DNA of 64,000 nucleotides from Gemmatimonadaceae bacterium (GTDB lineage: Bacteria > Gemmatimonadota > Gemmatimonadetes > Gemmatimonadales > Gemmatimonadaceae), in assembly GCA_035277145.1 (NCBI GenBank), contig DATELA010000057.1, positions 67 through 64,066 of the forward strand. The letters are read 5' to 3'. Shown here piece by piece: positions 45,569 through 54,560 of this stretch. The notes beneath the pieces were generated by a model. The model ran no database searches. It had not been told where the DNA came from and saw only the letters and a list, made by a program, of their open reading frames with translations. The translations under genes and the position numbers were made by a program. Every line of letters begins with the position of its first letter. Within the stretch, counting starts at the first letter, position 1.

Positions 45569-46773
45569 ATCAGCGTTACGTGACCGGTATTCGCGTTTTC
45601 GTGATCGCCCTCGCCGTCGTCGTCGCCGCGTGTGCAGACAGCGCGGCTGACGGCGCGCAGTCTGCGCAGTCGGGTCGCAGTGGCACGCCCGCAGCAGGCG
45701 ACGGCGCGAATGGCGGGCGCGGTGGCCGCGGAGGTCGCGGCGGCGGACCGTCAATTGTGTTAGCGGCCACCGACGTTCACACCGTCTCGCGCGGCACCAT
45801 CGAGTCGACGACGCCCATTTCCGGCGATCTGCGGCCGATCGAAGAAATCGGCATTCGCGCGCGCGTCGAAGGTGACCTCGTTGCCGTCCACGTCCGCGAG
45901 GGCGAAACCGTCCGCGTAGGCACTCCGCTCGCGCGGTTTGACACGGCGGAACTCGACGCCGCGCTCGCGGCTGCCAAAGCGGAAGCCGCGGCCGCGCGCG
46001 GCGATTCCGCCACCGCATTCTGGAACCTTCAGCAGTCGCGCGAGTTGCTGCGCGCAGGCGCGATCTCGGAGCAGGCGTTCCGCGCGACAGAGCAGTCGGC
46101 GCTCGCGGCACAAGCGCGGCTGGCTGGCGCGGACGCACGCTTGCGTTCCGCCGAGCTCGCGCGCCGCGATGCGCAGGTCGTCGCACCAGCAACCGGGACG
46201 ATTTCACAACGCCTCGTGCAGACCGGCGAGCGGGTGTCGCGCGGCGCGCAAATGTTCGTGCTCGTGCGCGACGATTCGCTCGAGTTCACGGCGGCGCTCG
46301 CCGCGCGCGCCGCCGCGCTCGTGAAGCCGGGACAGGAGGCGCGCTTCACCGTCGACGGACGCAACTTCGTCGGGCGCGTTGCACGCGTAAGCCCCGCGAT
46401 CGATCCCGCTTCGCGTTCCGTCGCGGTATACGTGCGCGTGCCAAATCGCACGCGTGAGCTCAAGGCCAATGCGTTTGCGTCGGGCCGCCTCGTGTCCGGC
46501 GAACTCGAGAACGTGCTGTATGTACCGGTCAGCGCTATTCGTCGCAGCCGGCAGGACGAAGCCACGTTCGTATACCGGATCGACGGCAACGCGATCGCGG
46601 TTGCGCCGGTGCGTGTCGGCGCGAGCGATGATGCGCGCGGCACCGTCGAGATTGTCGAAGGTCTCGAGGAAAACGATCGCGTGGTGATCGGCAACGTCGG
46701 CACAATCGGCCGTGGCATGCAGGTGCAGGTCCTCGACGCCGACCGACGCGGCGGCCGCGGCGGCACGCCTTAG
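45565..46773 (+). CDS. RND efflux periplasmic adaptor (MFP/HlyD family) lipoprotein
   Basis: The GTG at 45565 overlaps the tolC stop (GTGA). Lipobox VVVAAC. Lipoyl and hairpin segments (ARVEGDLVAVHVREGETVRVGTPLARFD). The upstream part of the listed 759-aa ORF is rejected. Confidence 0.85.
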   Translation: MNQRYVTGIRVFVIALAVVVAACADSAADGAQSAQSGRSGTPAAGDGANGGRGGRGGRGGGPSIVLAATDVHTVSRGTIESTTPISGDLRPIEEIGIRARVEGDLVAVHVREGETVRVGTPLARFDTAELDAALAAAKAEAAAARGDSATAFWNLQQSRELLRAGAISEQAFRATEQSALAAQARLAGADARLRSAELARRDAQVVAPATGTISQRLVQTGERVSRGAQMFVLVRDDSLEFTAALAARAAALVKPGQEARFTVDGRNFVGRVARVSPAIDPASRSVAVYVRVPNRTRELKANAFASGRLVSGELENVLYVPVSAIRRSRQDEATFVYRIDGNAIAVAPVRVGASDDARGTVEIVEGLEENDRVVIGNVGTIGRGMQVQVLDADRRGGRGGTP

Positions 46774-46788
46774 CGAGAACGGGTTCGC

Positions 46789-49700
46789 ATGTTCCTGTCC
46801 GACATCAGCATCAAGCGCCCGGTGTTCGCCACCATGATGATGGTGGCCCTCGTCGTGTTCGGCGTCGTGGCGCACGAGCGGCTCGCGATCGACGAGTATC
46901 CGGACATCAGCTATCCGGTCATTGTCGCGAATACGAACTTCCCGGGTGCGTCGCCCGAAGTCGTTGAGCGCGAAGTCACACGCCCGATCGAGAAAGCGCT
47001 CAACACGATTCAGGGCATCAAGGAAATCAATTCGACGTCGCGCGAAGGTTCGTCGTCGGTGCGCATCACGTTCCAGCTGAACGTGGACGTGCAGGCAATG
47101 CAGCCGGAAGTGCAGGCCAAAGTCTCGCGCATTCGCCGGTCGCTCCCGCGCGACATCGACGATCCCGTCGTGCAACGGTTCGATCCGAACGAACGGCCGA
47201 TCATGTCGGTCTCGATGCGATCGGACGAACGGCCGATTCGCGAACTCACGGATCTCGCGGAAGAAGTCGTCGGTACGCGCATCGAGTCGGTGCCCGGGGT
47301 GGGCGGCGTCAACGTGGTCGGCGGCGCATCACGGCAGATTCGCGTCGAACTCGATCCCAATGCGCTCCGCGCGTACGCGCTGAGTCCGGCGCAGGTGTCT
47401 ACCGCGCTCGCCAGCGAGAACCAGGAAGTCCCCGCGGGACGCATTCAGCAAGGTGAGCGCGAGCGCGCCGTGCGCGTGACCGGACGCATCACTGACCCGC
47501 AGGCGTTCGCCGACGTCACCGTCGCCGTGCGCGACGGAAAAGCCATTGCGGTGCGCGACGTTGGAAAAGTGGTCGATGGCATCGCCGATCGGCGCAGCGC
47601 ATCGTATTTCGACGACAAGCCCGCCGTCTCGCTCGAAGTACTGAAGATCTCCGGCACCAATACCGTCGAAGTCGCGGACGCCGTGCGCGGAGTCATTACG
47701 GAACTCGCGGCGTCACTGCCCGCGGATATTCAGCTCGAGGTCGTGCGCGACGACTCCGCGCGCATTCGCGAATCGCTCGCCGACGTCGAGCTCACGCTCA
47801 TCATCGGCGCGCTGCTCACCATCGCGATCATCTACCTGTTCCTGAATTCGTGGCGCTCGACAGTCATCACGGGCCTCACGCTGCCGGTGAGCATCATTTC
47901 AGCGTTCTTTGCGATGTGGGTGATGGACTTCACCCTCAACACAATGACGCTCCTCGCGCTGTCGCTCGCGATTGGGTTGCTCATCGACGACGCGATTGTC
48001 GTGCGCGAGAACATCGTGCGCCACCTCGACATGGGGAAAGGTCACGTGCGCGCCGCGCGCGAAGGCACCGACGAAATCGGACTCGCCGTGCTTGCGACGA
48101 CGCTCGCAGTCGTCGCGGTGTTCGTACCGGTTGCGTTCATGGGCGGACAGATCGGCAAAATCTTTTTCCAGTTTGGCGTAACCGTTGCGTTTGCCGTTTC
48201 CGTGTCGCTCTTCGTGTCCTTCACGCTCGACCCGATGTTGTCGAGTGTGTGGCACGACCCTGAAGCGGCCGATGCACGTGATCCGCGCGCACGTGCCCGA
48301 GTCCGCAACCCGATTCGTCGCATCGCACTTGGGTTCGACGCACTCTTCGAGCGCGTTGCCGAACAGTATCCGCGGCTGCTCGGTTGGTGCCTGGGTAAAC
48401 GACCGCTTGTCATCGCAGGCGCGATTGCGTCCGTCGCCATCGCCGGCGTTATCCTGCCTCGACTCGGGTTTACGTACATGCCGGATTTCGACGCCGGCGA
48501 GATCAACGTGAACTTCCGCGTCGCGCCGGGTTCGCGCATTGAGTACGGCGAAGAACGAGGCCACAAACTGGCCGAACGCATTCGCAAGATTCAGGAAATC
48601 GAGTTCACGTTCCTGTCGCTCGGCGGCGGCGGGCGCGGCGCGCCATCGAATGGACAGATCTTCGCGCGTCTCAAGCCAAAGCACGAACGCACGAGAACGC
48701 AGGCGCAAATCGAAGACGAAATCAGAACGTTTCTGCGCTCAGTCCCCGGAATCACCGGCAGCATCGGCGGCGCACGATCGATCTTTGGCGGCGGTGGGCC
48801 GGGAGGCGGGGGTCAGCCGGTGCGCGTGAACGTGCAGGGCCCCGATCCCGATCGCCTCAAGTTGGTGGCCGGTCAGGTGCTCGACGTGCTGCGGCAAGTG
48901 CAGGGACTCGCGGAGCCTACCTCGTCAGACGAGGGAGAAATCCCGCAGCTGAACGTGCGCGTCGACCGGCAGCAGGCGTGGGCAGCGGGCCTCGGCATTG
49001 CTTCGATCGCGAGCACGCTCCAACCGCTCTTCGCGGGCCAGCGTGCAACCACGTTCCAGGATGAGCAGGGATTCACGCACGACGTCGTCGTCGTGTATCC
49101 CGACACTCTGCGTGCGTCGGCGGACGACGTAGCATCGATCCCCGTTGCGTCTAGTTCACCGGACGCGCGCACGGGCCAGCGCGCAGTGGTGCCGCTCGGA
49201 CAAGTCGCGAACATCGAGGCCGGCATCGGGCCACAGCAGATCGAGCGCCGCGCGCTCGAGCGACAAGTCGCCATCAACGCTGGTGTACTACCGGGGTACG
49301 CGATGGGCGATGTGGCGGCCGAAGCGATGGTCGCGATTCGCGCCATGGGCCTGCCGCCTGGTTATCGCGCGGTGTTCGGCGGAGAAGTGCAGAACCTGAA
49401 CGAGACAAAAGGCTACGTGTTCGAAGCCATTATCCTCGCCGTCATCTTCATCTATCTGATTCTCGCGTCTCTTTTCGGCTCGTTCTTGCAGCCGCTCGCC
49501 ATCATGCTTGCGCTTCCGCTTTCACTCCTCGGCGTCGCGCTCGCGCTCTGGATAACTGGCGGCAATCTCAACGTGATGTCGATGATCGGCATCATCATGC
49601 TGATGGGATTGGTCACGAAAAACGGCATTCTGCTAATCGACTTCGTGAATCAGGCGCGCGAGTCGGGAAAGAGCCGGCGCGATGCAATCCTCGCATCTGC

Positions 49701-49968
49701 GCGCGTACGCTTACGACCGATCGTGATGACGACCGCGGCGATGGTGTTCGGCATGTTGCCGCTCGCTATGGCCCTCGGCGAGGGCGCCGAACAACGCGCA
49801 CCGATGGCGCGCGCGGTAATTGGCGGCCTCATCACTTCGACGATCCTGACGCTCTTCGTCGTGCCGGTTGTCTACACCGTACTCGACGACGTTGTGGCGT
49901 GGCTCACGCGACGCTCCACGCGACCTGCGGCGCACACACGAGAGGTTCCGGCGCCAGCGGGTGACTGA
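46789..49968 (+). CDS. RND efflux transporter permease (AcrB/HAE family)
   Basis: 1059 aa. N-terminal FLSDISIKRPVFATMMMVALVVFG, 12 TM segments and two large periplasmic loops. Confidence 0.95.
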   Translation: MFLSDISIKRPVFATMMMVALVVFGVVAHERLAIDEYPDISYPVIVANTNFPGASPEVVEREVTRPIEKALNTIQGIKEINSTSREGSSSVRITFQLNVDVQAMQPEVQAKVSRIRRSLPRDIDDPVVQRFDPNERPIMSVSMRSDERPIRELTDLAEEVVGTRIESVPGVGGVNVVGGASRQIRVELDPNALRAYALSPAQVSTALASENQEVPAGRIQQGERERAVRVTGRITDPQAFADVTVAVRDGKAIAVRDVGKVVDGIADRRSASYFDDKPAVSLEVLKISGTNTVEVADAVRGVITELAASLPADIQLEVVRDDSARIRESLADVELTLIIGALLTIAIIYLFLNSWRSTVITGLTLPVSIISAFFAMWVMDFTLNTMTLLALSLAIGLLIDDAIVVRENIVRHLDMGKGHVRAAREGTDEIGLAVLATTLAVVAVFVPVAFMGGQIGKIFFQFGVTVAFAVSVSLFVSFTLDPMLSSVWHDPEAADARDPRARARVRNPIRRIALGFDALFERVAEQYPRLLGWCLGKRPLVIAGAIASVAIAGVILPRLGFTYMPDFDAGEINVNFRVAPGSRIEYGEERGHKLAERIRKIQEIEFTFLSLGGGGRGAPSNGQIFARLKPKHERTRTQAQIEDEIRTFLRSVPGITGSIGGARSIFGGGGPGGGGQPVRVNVQGPDPDRLKLVAGQVLDVLRQVQGLAEPTSSDEGEIPQLNVRVDRQQAWAAGLGIASIASTLQPLFAGQRATTFQDEQGFTHDVVVVYPDTLRASADDVASIPVASSSPDARTGQRAVVPLGQVANIEAGIGPQQIERRALERQVAINAGVLPGYAMGDVAAEAMVAIRAMGLPPGYRAVFGGEVQNLNETKGYVFEAIILAVIFIYLILASLFGSFLQPLAIMLALPLSLLGVALALWITGGNLNVMSMIGIIMLMGLVTKNGILLIDFVNQARESGKSRRDAILASARVRLRPIVMTTAAMVFGMLPLAMALGEGAEQRAPMARAVIGGLITSTILTLFVVPVVYTVLDDVVAWLTRRSTRPAAHTREVPAPAGD

Positions 49969-50079
49969 GCCAGCGGCCCCCCATTGACGGATCGCTTCGC
50001 AACGTGCATTTAGCGGCTTCACGGACCACGTTTTTTTCTGTTCAGCGATTTTGTGCTCACGACTGCTCAGGAGGCTCGC

Positions 50080-50631
50080 ATGCCGCGCGGCGACAACAAG
50101 AACGAAGGATTCCGGCTCGCTGACCGCGACGACGAAGAAGAAGTCGGTTACGGCGGCGGCACCGGCTACGATGACGAGGACGACGAGGACGGCGGCTGGA
50201 CCATGCATAAGGACCACAGCGACTCGCTGTGGGATAGCGCCGAAGAACTCTCGGACGATGAAGAAGTGGTAGAGGGCGAGCCTGGTGCAGCTGCGGACCC
50301 TGCGGGCGAAGAAGACGACGAGGAGTCGGACTTGTTCGGCGGTAGCGCTCCCGCACGTCCGGCTGCGCCGCCGGCCGCCAAGCCTGCGGCGAGTGCGCCC
50401 AAACCTGCGCCAATGGCAAAGCCTGCGGCGGCTCCGAAGCCGGCTCCAGCTGCGATCGCTAAGGCCGCCGCCCCGAAGCCGAAGAGCGCTCCCGCGAAGA
50501 GCAAGGCAAAGCCCGCAAAGAAGGCCGCGAAAAAGAAAGCGGCCAAGAAACCGGCGAAGAAGTCGGCGCGCAAACCCGCAAAGAAGGGCGCCGCCAAGAA
50601 GACCAAGAAGAAGTCGGCAAAGCGCCGCTAG
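50080..50631 (+). CDS. bipolar low-complexity protein: acidic N-half, Ala/Pro/Lys-repeat (histone H1-like) C-half
   Basis: ATG at 50080 preceded by AGGAGG (50069-50074). N-half rich in D/E (DDEDDEDGG, SDDEEVVEGE, EEDDEESD). C-half is AAPKPAPAA...KPAKKAAKKKAAKKPAKK repeats. Confidence 0.6.
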   Translation: MPRGDNKNEGFRLADRDDEEEVGYGGGTGYDDEDDEDGGWTMHKDHSDSLWDSAEELSDDEEVVEGEPGAAADPAGEEDDEESDLFGGSAPARPAAPPAAKPAASAPKPAPMAKPAAAPKPAPAAIAKAAAPKPKSAPAKSKAKPAKKAAKKKAAKKPAKKSARKPAKKGAAKKTKKKSAKRR

Positions 50632-50639
50632 GGCAGGCC

Positions 50640-50670
50640 GCGCGGGCGCGAACCCCCTTCGCGCCCGCGC
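50640..50670 (+). terminator. 13-bp perfect GC hairpin after the H1-like gene
   Basis: GCGCGGGCGCGAA-ccccc-TTCGCGCCCGCGC begins 9 nt after the TAG stop. No U-tract follows. Confidence 0.5.
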
Positions 50671-50681
50671 CAAATCGATGG

Positions 50682-50710
50682 TTGACTGGCCCGTTCTGTC
50701 GTGGCATTAT
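50682..50710 (+). promoter_or_regulatory. candidate sigma-70 promoter TTGACT-17-CATTAT
   Basis: Read directly, about 40 nt upstream of the MerR-like start codon. Confidence 0.35.
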
Positions 50711-50750
50711 TGCGACATCAATGCGGCACTACTAGGCCATTCGAGCTGAA

Positions 50751-51290
50751 ATGGAGTCACCCGTTGTTCAGCTTCGCGTGCACGCGAAACAGGCGCCTTG
50801 GAACGCCCGTGGACTGGCCGCGCACGCCACCGCGCTCGTCGATGCGGCTGGAGTAAGACCCACCAACGCCGCCGCTCGCGCCGCGCTTACAGCGCGAGCA
50901 GTTCGCTTCTACGTCGCCAACGGATTGCTCGGCCGCCCCGACGGGCGCGGCACGGCGGCCACGTATGGTTACCGCCATCTGCTCCAGTTACTCGCGATCA
51001 AGATTCGGCAGCGCGAGGGCCAGACGCTCGAGGTGATCAAGCGCGAGCTCGCCGAACAAACAGGCGACGCACTCGAGCGCCGAGTCGCTCAGGTGCTCGC
51101 TCCGGCGCTTGCAACTCGAACCGATGCGCTGGTGATCGACGACGACGCGAATCCCGTTGCGTGGAGACGCGTGATGGTCATGAGTGGTGTTGAGCTGCAT
51201 GTCCGCGAAGACTCGACTGCCGCGCGCGAGGACTCGATCGTCGCAATGCGCGCCGCCATTCGCGCCGCGCTGGGCAGAACGGATTCCTGA
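50751..51290 (+). CDS. MerR-like HTH protein
   Basis: ARAVRFYVANGLLGRPDGRGTAATYGYRHLLQLLAIKIRQREGQTLEVIK fits the MerR recognition-helix/wing pattern (RyYe..GLl...Y....l..L..I). The N-terminal and C-terminal parts are not recognised. Confidence 0.55.
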   Translation: MESPVVQLRVHAKQAPWNARGLAAHATALVDAAGVRPTNAAARAALTARAVRFYVANGLLGRPDGRGTAATYGYRHLLQLLAIKIRQREGQTLEVIKRELAEQTGDALERRVAQVLAPALATRTDALVIDDDANPVAWRRVMVMSGVELHVREDSTAAREDSIVAMRAAIRAALGRTDS

Positions 51291-51295
51291 GCGCA

Positions 51296-52012
51296 ATGAC
51301 GCTCGTGCGCTTCGAGGGAGACGCGGTCGTCATCACCGGCGTCGGGCGTCGCGGGCAAGCCGGTGAAGTCGTCGCGCGACGATTCGCTGAGCTTGGCGCG
51401 GCAGTTCACTGCATCGATCGCGACGCCGGAGTGAACGAAGTTGCGGAGACGCTTGCGAGTGCTGGCATCGCGCCGCGCGCGCACCAGGTCGATTTGACGG
51501 ACGCCGGGGCGACGGCACAACTCGCCTCATCAATCGCGGCGGCACACGGCGGTCGCGTCGCCGCGGTTGCCGCCATCGCCGGCGGTTTCGCGCACTCGGG
51601 CCCCATCGCGGACAGCGACCCGGCTGTGCTCGCGCGACAAGTTGCCATCAACCTCACCAGTGCGTACTGCACCGCGCGGGCGTTCGCGCCAAGTGTCCGC
51701 GCCGCGCGCGGCGCTTTTGTGTTCGCGACGTCCGCAGCGGTGTTGCCCGGCGGTCGCGTCGCCGGACTCTCGGCATACGCCGCAGCAAAGGGCGGACTCG
51801 TACAGCTCATGCGCGCCCTCGCACAGGAGGAGCGCGAGTACGGCGTGCGCGTCAACGCGGTCGCGCCGACGGCGCTGCGAACCGCGGCAAACGTCGCCGG
51901 GATGGGCCGCGACGTTCGCTATGTCGAGCTCAGTGAATTCGCCGACGCGATCGTGACGCTGTGCTCGAGCGGATTCGCGCGCGCAACCGGCCAGGTAATC
52001 GAGCTCGCGTAG
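51296..52012 (+). CDS. short-chain dehydrogenase/reductase family oxidoreductase
   Basis: 238 aa. Glycine-rich VVITGVGRRGQAG, catalytic SAYAAAK (YxxxK) and NAVAPT. Confidence 0.8.
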   Translation: MTLVRFEGDAVVITGVGRRGQAGEVVARRFAELGAAVHCIDRDAGVNEVAETLASAGIAPRAHQVDLTDAGATAQLASSIAAAHGGRVAAVAAIAGGFAHSGPIADSDPAVLARQVAINLTSAYCTARAFAPSVRAARGAFVFATSAAVLPGGRVAGLSAYAAAKGGLVQLMRALAQEEREYGVRVNAVAPTALRTAANVAGMGRDVRYVELSEFADAIVTLCSSGFARATGQVIELA

Positions 52013-52058
52013 GCGCTCGCGCCTTGCCTCGACTCACGTCACAACCGACCTTCCTCGC

Positions 52059-52910
52059 GTGACGAGTGCGCCACGCAAGAGACTCCCATCGCGCGGAATC
52101 CTCTTCGACCGCGCGCTGGAAGCGCTGCCCCTCTTTCGCCTGTCAGATTCGTCGGACGACGGCGCAATCTCGTTCGAGGTCGAAGCCGGCGGGCGCTGGC
52201 GCGTGATTCCGTTGCCCGGTGACCGGCTTCCGGGCACGTTCGATCAGGACGTCTACTTCGAAATCTTTCGCCGCTACCAGGACGCGGGCGCACCAGCCGA
52301 TGGCACGGTCGCATTCACGCTGCACGATTTTCTGCGCTCGATGGGACGCAAGGTCGACGGACGCACGTACGAGCAACTGCGCGCAGCACTCGGACGTCTC
52401 CAGCGCACAACGCTCGAATCGGCCGGTGCATACTGGGACGCCGCGGAGAACGCGCACTCGAACGCCCGATTCTCCTTGCTCTCGTCAATCCGAATCGAAC
52501 GCCGCCGGAGTGTTGATCGGGAGCAACTCGGACTGTTCGCTGTGCTCGCGGCAAACGAACCGGGTGATGCTCGTGTCACGATTGGCGCACCCGTTCGCGC
52601 CAACATCGCGGCGGGCTACACAGTGCGGCTCGCCGTCACCGAGTGGCTGTCACTCTCGTCCCCAGTGTCGCGCCGTCTCTATCGCATGATCGCCGTCGTT
52701 CGCGCGCAGAACCTCACCGAGTGGACACTTCCATTGGCCACGCTCGCCGAGCAACTCCCCCTGGCGCAGCGCTACCCGTCCCACCTGCAACGCGTTCTGC
52801 AGCCGGCGCACGAAATGCTGGTTGCCGCCGGCGCCGTAGCCACCGCCGACATTTCGCAACACCAGGGCACGTGGATCGTCCGCTACGTGCTCCCACGCAC
52901 CGCCCCGTAG
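52059..52910 (+). CDS. replication initiator protein A-like (plasmid RepA/RPA family pattern)
   Basis: LPLFRLS, ISFEVE, GTFDQDVYFEI and TVAFTLHDFLRSMGRKVDGRTYEQLRAALGRLQRTTLES follow the block order I remember for alphaproteobacterial replication initiator protein A. GTG start. Confidence 0.55.
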   Translation: MTSAPRKRLPSRGILFDRALEALPLFRLSDSSDDGAISFEVEAGGRWRVIPLPGDRLPGTFDQDVYFEIFRRYQDAGAPADGTVAFTLHDFLRSMGRKVDGRTYEQLRAALGRLQRTTLESAGAYWDAAENAHSNARFSLLSSIRIERRRSVDREQLGLFAVLAANEPGDARVTIGAPVRANIAAGYTVRLAVTEWLSLSSPVSRRLYRMIAVVRAQNLTEWTLPLATLAEQLPLAQRYPSHLQRVLQPAHEMLVAAGAVATADISQHQGTWIVRYVLPRTAP

Positions 52911-52988
52911 TAGTCCGGAACTCTCCCCTTCGGTACCGGTATTGCGTTATCGTTGCGGGACAACGTCTTTGGCGGAGATTCGGCCCGA

Positions 52989-54560
52989 ATGCGTATTCGA
53001 CCCGTCGTTGCCTTCATTGCGGGCGCAGTCCTTACTGCGACCGCGACCGGGTTTTTCCTTGAAGAACAATCCACCCGCGATGCCGCGCGCCTTTTCGATC
53101 AGGTGCTGAGCACGGTCGCGCGCCGCTTCGTCGATTCGGTCGACGCATCGGCGTTGTACGAGAAAGCCGCGCACGGTCTCGTCGAGGAACTCAACGACCC
53201 GTACAGCGAGCTGCTGCCACCCCAGGAAGCGAAACAGTTCAACACGACAACCGGCGGGCGATACGGCGGCGTCGGCATGCTCATTGAGGCGCAGCAGGAC
53301 GCGATCGTCATTTCGCGTGTGTATCCAAACACGCCGGCGGAGCGCGCGGGCATTCTCGCGGGCGACCGCATCCTGGAGATCAACGGCACCACGACGCGCG
53401 GCTGGTCGACTCGCCAGGTGTCGGACACGATGCAAGGTGTGCCCGACACGAAGGTCAGGGTGAAGTTCGCGCGCTTCGGCGTGCCAACACCGATCGACGT
53501 GACGTTTACGCGCGCGACAATCCGCATCCCCGCGCTGCCATTCGCGATCATGCTCGAAAACAACATCGCGTACTTGCCGCTGCAAACGTTCAACGAAACC
53601 GCGGCACGCGAAGTCGCCAATCAGCTCGAGCGATTCCAGCGCGATGGCGCCAAGGGCTTCGTCCTCGACTTGCGCGGTAATCAGGGCGGTTATCTCGATC
53701 AGGCGCTTGCGATCGCAAATCTCTTCCTGAAGCCCGGACAAGAAATTGCGTCAGTGCGCTCGCGACAGGGCGACACGGAGCGCTACGTCGCCGAATTTGA
53801 TCCAGTTGCACCAACCGTTCCGCTCGTGATCATGACCGACGGCGGCAGCGCGTCCGCATCTGAGATCGTCGCAGGCGCGTTGCAAGACCACGATCGCGCG
53901 CTCATTCTCGGCACGACGTCGTTCGGCAAAGGTCTCGTGCAATCGATGATGCAACTCGACGAACCGGGCTGGTTCCTCAAGCTCACAACGGGCAAATGGT
54001 ATACGCCGAGCGGTCGCTCGATTCACAAAGCGCGCACGGTTGGCGAAATCGAAGCCGACACAGCTGCGCATGAAGACGTCTCGAAGCGCCCAGTGTTCAA
54101 GTCTGACGCGGGTCGCACGGTATACGGCGGTGGCGCGGTAACACCGGACGTGTTCATTCGCCCCGATACGATCACGACTGCGGAGCGCGTCGTCGCGCAA
54201 AAACTGCTCGCAAAGCCACAGGACGTGTACATCACGCTGGCGGACTATGCGCTGCAGCTGAAGGACAGCGTGCGTGTCGACTTCAAAGTCACAACCGCGT
54301 GGAGCGACGAGTTGTATCGTCGCGTGAAAGCGAAGGGCGTTGACGTGTCGAAGCCCGAATGGGACGCCGGCCGTTCGTACACCGATCGCGAACTCGCGAA
54401 TCGCATTTCGCGACTTGCATTCGGCGATTCGACAACAAAACGGCGCGAACTCAGCGAAGACACACAGTTGCTGCGCGCGATGGATCTCCTGCGCCGTGGT
54501 CGCACACAGGCGGATTTGTTCGCGTTGGCATCAGCGCAACCGCGCGCTCGTCAGGAGTGA
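52989..54560 (+). CDS. S41 C-terminal processing peptidase with PDZ domain
   Basis: ATG at 52989 gives a TM/signal segment (VVAFIAGAVLTATATGFF). PDZ domain (GDRILEINGTTT). Catalytic GGSASASEIVAGAL and TSFGKG. Confidence 0.9.
   Translation: MRIRPVVAFIAGAVLTATATGFFLEEQSTRDAARLFDQVLSTVARRFVDSVDASALYEKAAHGLVEELNDPYSELLPPQEAKQFNTTTGGRYGGVGMLIEAQQDAIVISRVYPNTPAERAGILAGDRILEINGTTTRGWSTRQVSDTMQGVPDTKVRVKFARFGVPTPIDVTFTRATIRIPALPFAIMLENNIAYLPLQTFNETAAREVANQLERFQRDGAKGFVLDLRGNQGGYLDQALAIANLFLKPGQEIASVRSRQGDTERYVAEFDPVAPTVPLVIMTDGGSASASEIVAGALQDHDRALILGTTSFGKGLVQSMMQLDEPGWFLKLTTGKWYTPSGRSIHKARTVGEIEADTAAHEDVSKRPVFKSDAGRTVYGGGAVTPDVFIRPDTITTAERVVAQKLLAKPQDVYITLADYALQLKDSVRVDFKVTTAWSDELYRRVKAKGVDVSKPEWDAGRSYTDRELANRISRLAFGDSTTKRRELSEDTQLLRAMDLLRRGRTQADLFALASAQPRARQE

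Noticed and set aside
50031-50037. T7 run after the RND gene as an intrinsic terminator
   Set aside because: Only a 4-bp stem (CGTG/CACG) can be drawn upstream of it, which is not convincing.
49711-50673. 320-aa minus-strand ORF covering the RND 3' end and the H1-like gene
   Set aside because: It overlaps the well-supported RND gene, and its product is Arg/Leu/Gly low complexity. The plus-strand gene has an AGGAGG-ATG start and a following hairpin. Because both frames are low complexity, the plus-strand call is kept at moderate confidence only.
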